Of a stretch of DNA of 64,000 nt, positions 28,813 to 43,040 are shown piece by piece (positions within the stretch are counted from its first letter, which is position 1; each line of letters opens with the position of its first letter). This DNA is from Eledone cirrhosa. Lineage: Eukaryota. The notes below the pieces were generated by a model. That model did no database searches. It was not told the DNA's origin and worked only from the letters and a program-made list of their open reading frames with translations. The stretch spans positions 24,366,001 to 24,430,000 of the forward strand of contig OZ024762.1 in the NCBI GenBank assembly GCA_964016885.1, in the 5' to 3' direction. A program made the translations under genes and the position numbers.

Positions 28813-29282
28813 CAATACTGGTGATACTACTACTACTGCTACTGGGTTAGATGTAATGTGACTAAGAAACTTAGTAATAAAGAGAATAGTAAAGGGGTGG
28901 CGGGGGGCAGGTGAAGGTGATGTGGGACCCACGGGCAACCCTCAACCTCTGGCCCTCAACGGTCCACCCTCGACTGTACAACCCTGGGTACCTGTACACA
29001 CAACCCTGATTCTTATCATCTTAACAACCCAGATGGCTTTATTTGTTTCATTTAACCCCTGGCTTCTGTCAACTCACACACACCTGTGTGTCTATACTTG
29101 TGTTTTTGTGTGTGTATGTGCTTGTGTGTGTGTATGTATACTTGTGTGTGTGTGTGTGTGTATATATATACTTGTCTTTATATGTGTGTGTGTGTGTATG
29201 TGTGTATATAAATTTGTGTCTTTATGTGTGTGTGTGTATACTTGTCTTTATGTGTGTGTATGTGTGTGTGTATATACTTGTC

Positions 29283-29324
<42 letters not shown>

Positions 29325-29469
29325 CTTGTGTCTTTATGTGTGTGTGTGTGTGTATATACTTGTGTCTTTATGTGTGTGTGTGGGCATGGAAGTGAATTAT
29401 GAGTTACATTTTTTTACACACACACACTCACATACACACTTGCAACAGAGGGACATACACATACACACT

Positions 29470-29510
<41 letters not shown>

Positions 29511-30207
29511 ACTCAACATTACACACACACATACCAGTACTACAGATAGATCCAGATGTATATGTGTGTGAGTGTGTGTGTTTACGTGAATATGTTTGTG
29601 TGTGAGTGTGTGCGTTTATGTGTGAGTGTGTGTATTTATGCGAGTGTGTGTGTGTGTGTTTGAGTGTGTGTGTGTGTGTGTGTGAATGTATGTGAGCATG
29701 TATGTGAGTGTGTGTGCATGTGTGTGTGAGTGTATATGTGTATGTGTGTATGTGTGTGTGCATGTGAGTGTATGTGTGTGTGTTTGTGCGCGCGTGTGTG
29801 TGTATGAGTGTATGTGTATGTGTGTGTGTATGAGTGTATGTGTGTATGTGTGTGTGTGTATGTGTGTGTGTATGAGTGTATGTGTTTGTGTGTGTGTATG
29901 TGTGTATGAGTGTATGTGAAATGGCAGCGGAAGGTATAGAAAGTTTTTCTGGGAATTTTGAAGAATCCCAAAATTGCTAAGATGACTCACAGCTCCCTAG
30001 AAATATTAGAAAAATGGTGAAAACATTCATAGGGATCAACTTGGATCCTTAAGAAGATGAAGGGGAAGAAGGAGGGAGAAGAGGAAGATGGAGAAGGAGA
30101 GAGAGGAAGAGGAATGGCAGCAAATGAGATGATGTGTGTTGTCTGAAAGACTTCTCTTGTCACAGACAGATTACTTTCAAATAACTGTGTCTGTCCCCAC
30201 CATTGTT

Positions 30208-31120
30208 GCAGTCTCTCTCCCAGTCTCTCTATCATTCTCTCTCCCAATCTCTCTATCATTCTCTCTCCCAGTCTCTCCCCCAGTCTCTCTCCCAGTCTCT
30301 CCCCCCAGTCTCTCTCCCAGTCTCTCTCCCAGTCTCTCCCCCAGTCTCTCTATCATTCTCTCTCCCAGTCTCTTCCCCAGTCTCTCTATCATTCTCTCTC
30401 CCAGTCTCTCTCCTAGCCTCTCTATCATTCTCTCTCACAGTCTCTCTCCTAGTCTCTCTCTCATTCTCTCTCCCAATTTCTCCCCCAGTCTCTCTCTTAG
30501 TCTCTCTCCCAGTCTCTCTATCATTCTCTCTCCCAATCTCTCCCCCAGTCTCTCTCCCAATCTCTCCCCCAGTCTCTCTATCATTCTCTCTCACAGTCTC
30601 TCTCCCAGTCTCTCCCCCAGTCTCTCTCCCAGTCTCCCCTATCCCAGTCTCTCTCCCAGTCTCTCTATCATTCTCCCCCTATCCCAGTCTCTCTCCCAGT
30701 CTCTCCCAGTCTCTCTCCCAGTCTCTCTCCCAGTCTCTCTCCCAGTCTCTCTCCCAGTCTCTCTCCCAGTCTCTCTCACAGTCTCTCTCACATTCTCTCT
30801 CACATTCTCTCTCCCAGTCTCTCTCACATTCTCTCTCCCAGTCTCTCCCTCAGTCTCTCTATCATTCTCCCCCTATCTCATTCTCTCTCCCAGTCTCTCC
30901 CTCAGTCTCTCTATCATTCTCCCCCTATCTCATTCTCTCTCTCAGTCTCTCCCCCAGTCTCTCTATCATTCCCTCTCACAGTCTCTCCCTCAGTCTCTCT
31001 CCCAGTCTCTCTCTCAGTCTCTCCCCCAGTCTCTCTATCATTCTCTCTCACAGTCTCTCCCAGTCTCTCTCTCATTCTCTCCCAGTCTTTCTCTCACAGT
31101 CTCTCTCTCCCAGTCCCTCC
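30208..31120. repeat. 12-bp (ctctctcccagt) degenerate minisatellite
   Basis: Direct inspection; source of the SLSP ORFs. Confidence 0.92.
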
Positions 31121-31415
31121 CTCCCCACACAGCCAAGCTCATTACCAAACTGGAACAGATCCAAAAGACCTACTCATCATAATAATAAAAGATTGATTGA
31201 TTGCTACATAGATTGATTCCTTGCACCAGAATTGGAATTTAGATTGCAACGCAAGTGTATATATATATATGTGTGTGTGTGTATATATGTATGTGTGTAT
31301 ATATATATGTATGTGTATGTGTGTGTGTGTGTATATATGTATGTGTGTATATATATATATATTTATGTATATATATATGTATGTATATATATATATGTAT
31401 GTATATATATGTGTG

Positions 31416-31455
<40 letters not shown>

Positions 31456-31779
31456 TGTGTGTATATATATATATGTATATATATATGTATGTATATATAT
31501 ATATGTGTATATATGTATATACACAACACACTTGTGAATGTCTGTTTGTATCCATAAACATGTACACACACATACACACATGTATACATACATACACACA
31601 CATACACACATATGCATACATACACACACACACACATATGTATACATACATGCATATATATATATATTTGTAGCAAATTCCATGTATGAACATAAGTAAA
31701 TAATATAATTGTTTCTACTTTTGGCACAAGGCCAGCAATTACCCAGTGTATTACTGGTACTTTATTTTATCGACATATA

Positions 31780-31823
<44 letters not shown>

Positions 31824-31848
31824 TGTAATAAACAACATAAGGCAATTA

Positions 31849-31909
31849 TTTCATTTACCAGTGGTTTCTTAAAAGCAAAAAAATGTTGCTTTCAATCATC
31901 AGAATGAAA
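31849..31909 (-). ncRNA. type I hammerhead ribozyme (unique family)
   Basis: Minus strand TTTCATT-CTGATGA-TTGAAAGCAA-cattttt-TTGCTTTTAA-GAA-ACC-act-GGT-A-AATGAAA; 7-bp stem I, 10-bp stem II, GUA triplet. Confidence 0.85.
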
Positions 31910-32216
31910 AAATCCTGGCGTATTTATTGACATTGGATTTTAAATATATATATATATATATATATATATACAGTATTTTCCGTTGTGTTGTAATATAAAT
32001 ATTACACACAGTAGATTATCAGCTCACGTAGAGTTTGCTCGACGGTTCCAGTTGTAGTTCCAAAAGTAATCCGGAGAAAAATAGAAAGATTTGAATGGAT
32101 ACAGTTTAGTTGAAAGGAATTTATTGAATGTGTGCCTGTATGAATAGAATTGTTGTCCCCCAAAAATGTATACACACTTTGATTGCCTGTACAGAATGTT
32201 GTTGAACTGTATGTAC

Positions 32217-32269
<53 letters not shown>

Positions 32270-32554
32270 CATATATACATATGTTAAGTACTTCTGAAGA
32301 AAAAGCAAAGGAAAATACAGAGCTAGTTAATTAGAAAGAAACTTTCAAATTATATATATATATATATATTGTCATGCTACTTCATCTTGGGATATTGTGT
32401 TAGGGGCTACATGTCTATGGAATACTCAACTAAATTATCAAGCAAGTTGGATTGTACCAGTAATTCCAAGACCCAGTCTTGTCCAATGGATTCTACCAGT
32501 AATTTTGAAGCCCAGCTTTGTCCTGCTGTCTCATTGAGTTTGTCATGGATTATA

Positions 32555-33301
32555 TTAACCCTTTAGTATTTATATTACTGTATTTTCACACAAAAGGTTT
32601 TACTTCACATAATTATCTCACATGATATCGAATCTATGAGATTTTGATATCATTTATTTGAGTACAATACCTTAACATAAGTGGTTGGTTATGGCTGGTT
32701 TGAACAGAAAGAGGTGAGAGAATTCTGACCAGATACGGCTGGTTTAAGCCTTTACCATTTATATTACTATATATATATATATCATCATCTCATCATCATC
32801 TCATTTTACGTCCACTTTTCCCTGCTTGCAAGGGTGGGACGGGAACTGATTCTGGCTTGATTTCTACAGCTGGATGCCCTTCCTAACACCAACCTCATTT
32901 ACAGTGAGTGCTGGGTGCTTTTTTGCCGTGGCACCTCCACGACCACTTTACAGTGGAATGATAGGGACCCCAGTCCCTATCATCTCATTTCTACAGCTGA
33001 GTAAACTGGAGCAATGTGAAATAAAGTGCCTTGCTCAAGGAAACAACACATCACCCGGTCTGAGAATTGAACTCACAACCTTTTGATTGCAAGGCCAATG
33101 CTCTAACCACTAAGCCATATATACTTATTTTCATGCTAAAGGTTTTACTTCACATAATATCGAATCTATGAGATTTTGATATCATTTATTTGAGTACAAT
33201 ACCTTAACACAAGTATAAATGGCTGGTTATGGCTGGTTTGAATAGAACGAGGTGAGATAATTCTGGCCGGATTTGACTGGTTTAAATACTAAAAGGATTA
33301 A
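32555..33301 (+). mobile_element. piggyBac-like TTAA MITE with internal duplication and nested SINE
   Basis: TTAAccctttagtattta ... taaatactaaaaggaTTAA; homologous to 41874-42081 and 60689 onward. Confidence 0.7.
32782..33118 (-). mobile_element. SINE type F
   Basis: Near identical to 46367-46708. Confidence 0.9.
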
Positions 33302-33309
33302 GAGTTCAA

Positions 33310-33800
33310 GTGTTTTGGAATACTCAACCACTCAACATTGATATACAAGATGGACACTACCTGTAAAAGACCTGACTTGGAATTACATTTTGTTACACTA
33401 GTTCTACCTGAGGATTACATTAAAAGTATGATTGCCTGTGGAATACTCAGCCACTTAATATTGGATTACAAGATGGACATACCTGTAAATCAAAGGCCTG
33501 GTTTTGTTGCATTTAGGCTACCTGAGGATTTAGTACCTATTAAAACGATGGCTTGTTTGTTTTGTCACACATTATGTCATACTGAATCTCCCTGAGAATT
33601 ATGCTAAAGATAGTTATGTCTGTGGAATACTCAGCCACTTTCATGATAATTCCATATGAACTGTACCTGTAAAACAAAAGTCATGTCTTGACACTCATTG
33701 TGTTTTGCTGAATCTCCCTGAGGGCTATGCTAAAGATACATGTATCTTGGAATTCTGAACCATTTACATTATAATGTTTGAGAACTTGTACATGTAAGAC
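33310..33800. repeat. degenerate tandem repeat with tggaatactcagccactt core
   Basis: Core recurs about four times; related sequence at 32415 and inverted at 60238-60258. Confidence 0.55.
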
Positions 33801-34551
33801 TGCAGTAATGAAACACGTGTTACTTTGGAATCTTAACTTAAGTTTTAATGAAGATAAAGAAATTTACAGTTCACACTTATGCAGGTATGAACTGTCAGAG
33901 GAGGTCTCTCAGGTGTTTTAATGCTAGGGGCCACAGTCTTGTCATGTTGTTCTTACACCTATGTAGGTTTTGCTGGCCTTTTACATAGGAGGTTTCTCAT
34001 AGGAGGTTTCTCCAGTGTTTTAATGATTGGGGGTGGGGTGGGTCAGTCTTGTCATGCAAGTACCAGTTGTTAATGGTGGTCTTACTAAACTAGAGTTAGG
34101 AGAAATTTTACAAACCATCAGATGGGCTTCTGCCAAATTTCATTCACAAATCTGTGGCTTTGATAGTGGTCTTATACACACACACACATACACATATATA
34201 CACATAGACTCTTATATACATGCATAGGCATATACACATACATACACATGTATGTGTATGTATAAGTGTGTATATGAATGTATGCATGTGTGGGTGGGTG
34301 TGTAAGAGTGGTTGGTGTTAGGAAGAGCATCCAGCTGTAAAAATCCCTGGCCAAATTTACAGTCCTTGTATATGTGCATAGGTACGTAGGTACGCCCTAA
34401 CTCGCTTCAAGTGGGACAACACATCTTTCCCATGCTAGCGTGGAAAATAGATGTTAAATGATGGTGGTGGTGGTGATGATGATGATGATCTGTTTGTGTG
34501 TAAGCAGGTGTCTGTCTGTTTGTATTGTGTCATCAATATATATATATATGT

Positions 34552-34594
<43 letters not shown>

Positions 34595-34612
34595 TGTGTG
34601 AGTGTGTGTGTA

Positions 34613-34648
<36 letters not shown>

Positions 34649-35827
34649 AGTGTGTGTGTGTGTGTGTATGTGTGTGTCTGTGGGTGTATGTGTGTGTGTC
34701 TGTGTGTGTGTGTGCATCCATCGTTTTTATTAATAACTTCTTTAGAAATCGAACATACAAGGAGAGGACGGAAGGAGAGGAGAATGGAGGGAGAACTGAA
34801 AAACTTGCTCAATCAGTTAATGTGAGAGTCTCCCTCACAATAGACTATGATTCATGTTAGACATTGAAGGTGTTTAAGGGGGGTGGGGTTAGGGGGGTGG
34901 AAGAGACATTGATGGGGTGGTGGTGTGGGGGTGGGGTGGAAGAGAAGTCTGGAGAAGGATGGGGGGGTAGATTAAGGAAGAGTGCTTGCATGGGGTGGGG
35001 TGCGGTTGGGTGGGAAGTGTCTGGGGAGGGAAAGGGGGTGGGTGGTGGGGTTGGGTGGGTGGGTGGGATGCCTGGTGATGGGGAGGGAAAGGGGATGGGT
35101 GGGTGGATGTGCGCGTGTGTGTGTTGGGGGGATGTGTCTGGTGACGGTGGGGGGTGGGAGGGGTGGTGTCTGGTGACAGGGAAGGGAGAGGGAGGGATGT
35201 GTGTGTGTGAAGGTGGCGGGGGGGGACTTGGGATGTGTCACCTAACAACACTGAAATGTGTGTGTGTGAGGTGGGTCTACTATTGTGTGTGTGTGTGTGG
35301 AGGGGTGTGTGTATGAAAGGGGATAGGGGGATGTGTCACCTAACAACACAGAAGTGTGTGTGTAAGAGGGGTTCTATTATGTGTGTAGTGTTTATTGTGT
35401 GTGTGTGTAGTGTTTATTAATGTGTGTGTAGTGTTTATTATTGTATGTGTGTGTGTGTAGTGTTTATTAATGTGTGTGTGTGTAGTGTTTATTATTGTGT
35501 GTGTGTGTGTAGTGTTTATTATTGTCTGTGTGTGTGTAGTGTTTATTAAGGTGTGTGTGTGTATGGGGGGTCTACTATTATGTCTGTGTATTGGGGGGGG
35601 GGGGCTATTGAAGATTTATTCACAATTCTTTCTTTTAATATATAGTATAGTTCATGTTTTGATATTACCACCCCTCCCCTCTACCCCCACTTTTCTACCC
35701 CTCCCATCTACCCCACCCCACTACAACTCGCCCACCCTCCTTTGCCCCACCCTGTCTTTGAATCTTCCTCTACCTTTCAAACATTATCTTTCACACACAT
35801 GCAAATACACACACACACTTGTGTGTT

Positions 35828-35873
<46 letters not shown>

Positions 35874-35891
35874 TATAGATAGATAGATGAG

Positions 35892-35935
35892 ATTCTACAG
35901 GACTAGAACTGTTTCATTCTTTAGAAATCATCAGG

Positions 35936-35938
<3 letters not shown>
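35892..35938 (-). ncRNA. type I hammerhead ribozyme (family B), solo
   Basis: Minus strand GTTC-CTGATGA-tTTCtaaaGAAt-GAA-ACAG-ttctagtc-CTGT-A-GAAT, between microsatellites. Confidence 0.72.
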
Positions 35939-36013
<75 letters not shown>

Positions 36014-36097
36014 TTTATCCTGGTTTCAATCGGGAGGTAACCACAGTAGGTAAGGTACTCAATACATAGCAGAGTATAAATATTTAATATAGAAATG

Positions 36098-36146
36098 GCT
36101 TCTACAGGACTAGAACTGTTTCATTTGTGAGAAATCATCAGGAAGC
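36098..36146 (-). ncRNA. type I hammerhead ribozyme (family B), weak stem II
   Basis: Minus strand GCTTC-CTGATGA-tttctcacaaat-GAA-ACAG..CTGT-A-GAAGC; element 36011-36173 folds back at aagctt. Confidence 0.68.
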
Positions 36147-36192
36147 TTCCTGATGATTTCTTGCAAAAGAAACATGTCTCTCTCTCTCTCTG

Positions 36193-36271
<79 letters not shown>

Positions 36272-38412
36272 CTATATATACATACATACATATATATATT
36301 TCCAGTTCTTCCTGTACCATTCCATTCTATCAACTACTGACTTTGTTCACCAAAAGTTGTTGTTGTTGAGGTGTTTCATTTGAATTCTTCCTTCAAATGA
36401 TCAGTTTGTTTGTTTCTTTCTTTCTTTCTTTCTTACCCCCGCCCTCCTCTCTCCTCATCTCCTCTTACCACCACTACTACTACTACACCTAGTCATCATC
36501 ATCATCTCAGTTACTCCACACCCCTGTACCAACACCCTCCTCCACCCCACTATCACCATCATTCAGTGACCCCCCCCACACACCCCATCCACCCCCACCC
36601 ACCCCATCATCATCTCAGTTACACCACCATTACTCCCCCACCATCACCATCATCTCAGTTACACCCACCTGTACCACCCACCCCATCCACCCCATCATCA
36701 TCATCATCATCTCAGTTACACTGCCACCCTCCACCACCACCCTCCTCCACCCTCCCCCTCCATCATCTCAGTTACCCCCCCCTGTACCCCCCCATCCACA
36801 TCATCATCATCATCTCTCTCTTTCAACCATTCATTTTCTTTTTCTCTATGTCTCTGTCTCTCTCTCTCTCCCCTTCTATCTATTTTCTCTCTCTCTCCTT
36901 CTGTCTGTATATATCTATCTATATATATATATATCTCCCCCCTCTCCCCCTCTTCCTCCTCCCCCCTCTCTCTCAACAGTATCAGGTTCATATTATCCTG
37001 TGTAAATAAATACATACACCCAACTAAAACTCATTTCATTCATTCTAGTGTGGTGGTTGTGATGGTGTGGTGGTTGTGGTGGTAGTGGTGGTGATGGTGG
37101 AGGTGGTGGTGGTAGTGGAGGTGGTGGTGGTGTTGGTGGTGGCACTGGTGGTAGTGTGGTGATGTAATTGGGAGTGGTATGGTGGTTGATGGTGGTTGTG
37201 GTGGTGGTGGTGTGATGGTGTGGTGGTCGTGGTGGTAGTGGTGGAGGTTGTGGTGTTGGTGGTGGCACTGGTGGTAGTGGTGCTGTTGGTGTGGTGTGGT
37301 GTCAGCATTGGTGGTGGTGGTGACTACACTGTTAGCTGTGGTGATGGTGGTGGTGAGGAGAAGAGAGAAGGGGGGAGGGGGATTTACTCACATTTCAGTC
37401 TCTCTGTTTTTGTTTGTTTGTAAGGATACTCCTCCCCCCTCTTCTCCCCAACTCCTCTTCCTTTTCCTCTCTTACCTTTCATCTCTCACCTTGCTGGTTG
37501 GATTTCTTTTTCCATACCACCCCCTGCTCCTTTCTCTTTCATTCTTCTCTATCCCTCTCTCTCTCCCTCTCACTTCGTCTATCTTATTTCCATCTCTATC
37601 TGTCTTCCCCCCTTCTCTTCCCCCTCCTCTCATTTTCTCTCTTATTTCCATCTCTGTCTTTCTTTCTCTCTCCCTCTCCCCCCTCCTCTCATTTTCTCAC
37701 TTATTTCCATCTCTCTTTCTTCCTCTCTCTCTCCCCCCTCCTCTCATTTTCTCACTTATTTCCATCTCTATATTTCTCTCTCCCTCCTCCTCTCACTTCT
37801 GCTCTCTTATTTCCATCTCTATCTTTCTCCCTCTCCCCCCTCCTTTCATTTTGTCACTTATTTCCATCTCTATCTTTCTTCCTCTTTCCCTTGCTCCTTT
37901 CTCTTTCATTCTTCTCTCCCAGCCCCACTCTCATCCCCTTCCCTCCACCAGCCTCCATCCTACACCAGCCTCCACCCTCCACCAGCCTCCACCCTCCACC
38001 AGCCTTCACCCTCCACCAGCCTCCACCCTCCACCCTCCACCAGCCTCCATCCTCCACCCTCCACCAGCCTCCACCCTCCACCATCACCACATTCCAATCA
38101 GTCCTGCGGAGATAATGGGAGTTTCTTCTCTTCTCTCTTCCTTATATCGTTGGCACAATGCCAGGAAATGTACCTATGTATTAACAGAGAGACTGGTAGT
38201 GGTAGGAGGGGACAAAATCGATTGTTCTGTTCCTCTCTTGCCAACCTTCGGCTCTCCTTCCTCTTTCTTCCCCTCCCCCTGTCACTTCCCCTGCCACCGG
38301 ATATCACTGGTATGTAATCTTTTATAAAGACGAAAACAACAACAACACATACAGCAAAGCCATCTTTGACATGGGATTGACATAGTTATGGTGTATTATT
38401 GGTTTGTTGTTG

Positions 38413-38638
38413 AGGGCGGCGGATTGGCAGAATCAGTAGAGCATCAGACACCATACTTTGTAGCATAGAGTTATGGCTCTTTATCTTCTGAGTTCAAATT
38501 TCGCCAGGGTTAGCTTTGACTTTCATCCTCACAGGTTCGATAAAATAAAGCACCAGTAATGCACTGGGGTCAATTTAATATCAACTCTAACCTCCACCCA
38601 TAATTGCTGACCTTGTGCCTCTATCACAAATCATTATT
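38413..38638 (+). mobile_element. SINE type H
   Basis: Homologous to 26441-26631. Confidence 0.8.
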
Positions 38639-38726
38639 GGTGTGTTGTTATGTCTCAGGTCTGTGTAAGGATTTGCCAACCTTTGGTAAGATAGTGCCAC
38701 TGATGGGAAGGAGGTTTCTTGGAAGT

Positions 38727-38935
38727 TTAACCCTTAGCTCTTTAGCATTTAAACTGACAATTTAGCCAGAATTTTCTCACCTTTTTGTTTTCAAACCGGC
38801 TCTAGCTGGTCGCTCATACTGATGTTAAGGCATTGTTCTCAAAATAAATAACATCAAAATCTCATAGATTCAATATTATGTGAGATAATTTAATTATGCA
38901 AGATAAAGCCTTTACCAAGAAAATACAATAATAAA
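38727..38935 (-). mobile_element. piggyBac-like MITE, partial
   Basis: Aligns to 41874-42081. Confidence 0.6.
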
Positions 38936-39199
38936 TATTGTGTAGAGTTTCCTAAACTTCCTCACTATATGGTACTCTCTTCTACACACAAACACACACA
39001 CACACTCTCTCACACACACATGCTCTCTCACACACACACTCTCTCACACACACATACTCTCTCACACACACACTCTCTCACACACACATACTCTCTCACA
39101 CACTCACACACACTCTCACACACACACACACTCACACACACACACATATATGTGAGTGTACACATGTATTTTTCTGTGCATCTTCATATCAACTCTTGT

Positions 39200-39443
39200 T
39201 TAACCCTTTCATGACCATATTTCTAATGAAATACACCCAATTTCAATTAACTAATTAAGAATTTTATGGGATTAACTAAAATTATTAATTATTTCGATAG
39301 TAAAATATTAATTTATTTCAAGGTTCTTATGTAAATAAAATTATATAGGAAGATTTTAATTTAAATTGGAAACCTTTAAAATGAGTGCTTTTATTTTATT
39401 GAAGCAGAGCAGGTTTTGGCTGAGTTAGTAACAAAAGGGTTAA
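39200..39443. mobile_element. piggyBac-like MITE (second family)
   Basis: TTAAccctttcatgac ... gtaacaaaagggTTAA. Confidence 0.6.
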
Positions 39444-39790
39444 AGCAAGCAGTGACATTTGTTTGTGCTCTGCATAAACAAATGTTTTACGACTAACAGG
39501 TTTGATAGAGTTTTGGTCAGCATTAGGAATGGCGTCTATCTGGCCATAGAAAAACTAAAACTACCATTAAATATGGCTCTTATTCAACCCATGTTAGCAT
39601 GGAGAAGGTGAGGGAGAGGGGAGAGGCGCTGGATGTAAACATGATGATGATGGTGATGGTGATGGTGATGGTGAATCTCGGCCAATCAATTTAGTTCTAT
39701 AAGTTCAAACAGTGAAATATCTTTTATGCCATGAGGAAGATTTGATATCAAAGTTTTCAATAGAATGCTTTGTCAGAGAAACAGATGACA

Positions 39791-39847
<57 letters not shown>

Positions 39848-40303
39848 CTCCCCCACTCTCTCTCTCTCTCTCTCTCTCTCCCACTCTCTCTCTCTCTCTT
39901 TCTCCCCCACACACCCACTCTCTCTCTTTCTATTTGTTGGTGAGAGAGAGAGAGATAAGATCTATCTCACTTTTCCCTCCCTCTCTCTCTCTTTCTGGCT
40001 CTCTTTGTTGGTGAGAGAGAGATAAAATCTCTCTCTTTCTCTCTTGTCTGTGTGTGTATCTGTATGTATGTATGTATGTATGTGTGTATGTGTGTATGTA
40101 TGTATATATATATATGTGTGTGTGTTTGTATGTATGTTTGTGATAACATGCATATAAATCAAAGACTTTCACCTTTTTCTACATTGTACTACTACTACTA
40201 TTACTACTACTACTACATTGTACTACTACTACTACTACTACTACTACTATTACTACTACTACTACATTGTACTACTACTACTACTACTACTACTACTACA
40301 TTG

Positions 40304-40347
<44 letters not shown>

Positions 40348-40930
40348 ACCCACATCTCTTCATAACATCTTTTTATTCTTTACCCAACCTCCCACCACCC
40401 TTCATCCTACTCTGGCTTCTAATCATCATCATCATCATCATTGCATTTAGAAGACCTTTTCTCTCTTTCTCAATAGCTCCTCCTGTCACCACCACCACCT
40501 TCTCTGCTCCTACACCTCCCTGCCATCACCATTACAACCACTGCGCCATCTCCACCACTACCCACCACCACCTGCCTGCCTCACCCCACCACCCCTCCTC
40601 TCTCTGATCTACTGCTCTTTGTCATCAGAGAGGAGGAGGAGGAGGAGGTGGTGGTGGGGAGGAGGTTCATAGGCTGAACTGTTTTTTTTTTAAAGTCTGG
40701 GAAAGATTGCTACTGTTGTTGTTGTTGTTGTTGTTGTTGTTATTTAAAAAGAAACTACTCCACCTCTTCCACCACACCCCTCCCCCCTCTGTGTCTACTC
40801 CACCTCTTCCACCACACCCCTCCCTCCTCTGTGTCTACTCCACCTCTTCCCACACCTCTCCTCTGTGTCGGCTCAGCTCCTAATTTTATGATACTGTAAT
40901 TATTCATCAGAAATTTCAAGTCTGCCTGCC

Positions 40931-40961
<31 letters not shown>

Positions 40962-41084
40962 GTGTCTGTCTGTCTGTCTGTGTCTGTCTGTCTGTCTGTC
41001 ATCATCCTGTCTCACCATTCACATCTAGTGTGTGTGTGTGTGTGTGGAGGGTGGGGCTGGGAGTGGGTTTAACCCGGTTCATTT

Positions 41085-42390
41085 GTTTAAAGGAGGACGA
41101 GGACTTAGTTTTTCTACTCAATACAGTGTGAACTTGATCTCCTGAAAATAGCAGTCAAATTCCCTTCATTTATCACCATATTTGATCCTCTGTTTAAACC
41201 AAGGTGAGGACTCTGTCTTTCTGCTCTATACAGTGTGAACTTGATCTCCTGAAAATAGCAGTCAAATTCCCTTCATTTATCACCATATTTGATCCTCTGT
41301 TTAAACCAAGGTGAGGACTCTGTCTTTCTGCTCTATACAGTGTGAACTTGATCTCCTGTAAATAGCAGTCAAATCTCTTTCATTTATCACCATATTTGAT
41401 CCTCTGTTTAAACCAAGGTGAGGACTCTGTCTTTCTACTCAATACAGTGTGAACTTGATCTCCTGAAAATAGCAGTCAAATCCCCTTCACTTATCACCAA
41501 TGCTGGTTCTCTGTTTTAAAGTGGACTCGTAAAAGACATAGCAAAAAGCTCCCAGTCCACACTGTCAATGTGGTTGGCGTTAGGAAGGGCATCCAGCTGT
41601 AGAAAGCTAGCCAGAAACTCTCCTATATGAGCGAGACATGGTCACCCGACCCAGCTTGCCTCTAATTGGGACAACTCCCGTCTAACCCATGCTAGCGTGG
41701 AAGATAGGCGTTAATTGACGACGACGATGATGATGATAATGATGAGGATGGGGTGGAGGACTTAGTCTTCCTATTCTGTACAGTCAGAGCCTGACTATAC
41801 TGTCATAGCTTGACCTCCTGAAAATAGCAGTCAAATCGCCTTCATTTATTACCAGGATCGGTCATCTGTTTAAACCTTTAACATTTAAACCGGCGATATC
41901 TGGCCAGAATTCTCTCACCTATTTCTGTTCAAACCGGCCATAACCGGCCACTCATACTGACATTACAGTATTGTTCTCAAAATAAATAATAACATCTTCA
42001 AAATCTTATAGTTTCCATATTATGTGAGATAAAGCCTTTACCATGAAAATATAATAGTAGTGTAATATAAGTGCTGAAGGGTTAAATCAGAGTGAAGACA
42101 TTGTTTCTCTATTCTATACTGTGTGAACTTGATCTGCAAATAGCAGTCAAATCTCTTTCATTTATCACCATATTTGATCCTCTGTTTAAACCAAGATGAG
42201 GACTCTGTCTTTCTACTCTATACAGTGTGAACTTGATCTCATGAAAATAACTGTCAAATCCCCTTCACTTATCACCATAGTTGATCTTCTGTGGGGAAGA
42301 CTTTGTCTCTCTATTCTCTACAGCCAGAGCTTGATCTCTTGCAAATAGCAGTCAAATCTCCTCCACTAATTGCCACAATTGATCCTAAAC
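41085..42390. repeat. 107-bp tandem array (about 8 units) interrupted by two insertions
   Basis: gtttaaaccaaggtgaggac at 41192, 41299 and 41406; resumes at about 41750 and 42086. Confidence 0.88.
41874..42081 (-). mobile_element. piggyBac-like MITE with TTAA target duplication
   Basis: TTAA at 41870-41873 and 42082-42085 splits the array unit tgtTTAAa; ends acctttaacatt / gtgctgaaggg. Confidence 0.8.
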
Positions 42391-42566
42391 CAGTGCAGTC
42401 TTCTCTCTGCCCAGGTCTTCCTTGCTTTCTTTCTATTGCAGCTACTTCCACTGGGATTTCCTGGCACTTCTTCCATCCAACAATCATCATCTATTTGCAT
42501 CACATGCCCATACCAGAGCCATCACATGCCCATACCAGAGCAGTCTTCTCTTTGTCAAGGTCTTCA

Positions 42567-42626
<60 letters not shown>

Positions 42627-43040
42627 GTAACTCCCTTCCACTGGTATATCTTGGTACTTATTCACACAACAGTCATCATCTATATGTCTCACATGTCCAT
42701 ACCAGAGCAGTCCTTTCTCTGCTCATGTCTTCCTCTACTGTAACTCCCTTCCACTTGGTACTTCTTCACACAACAATCATCATCTATATGTCCCACATGT
42801 ACATACCAGAGCAGTCTTCTCTCTGCCAAGGTCTTCATCTCTCTCTCTCTCTCTACTGTGACTCCCTTCCACTGGTATTTCTTGACACTTCTTCACCCAA
42901 TGGTCATCATCTATAAGCATCACATTACCAGCACAATCTTCTCACCTCCTGTTCACTACATCTGATTCCTCGTTTATCAAGCTTTTCTCTCTGGTCATCT
43001 ATGTTTTGTCTTTCACATATATTAACATTGTTCATCCATT
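42390..43040 (-). mobile_element. decayed, tandemly reiterated RTE fragments
   Basis: Reverse complement gives repeated RLLWYGHV..DDDC-like segments homologous to 22600-22720. Confidence 0.65.

Noticed and set aside
30136-31216. Ser/Leu/Pro-rich ORFs
   Set aside because: 12-bp minisatellite artefact.
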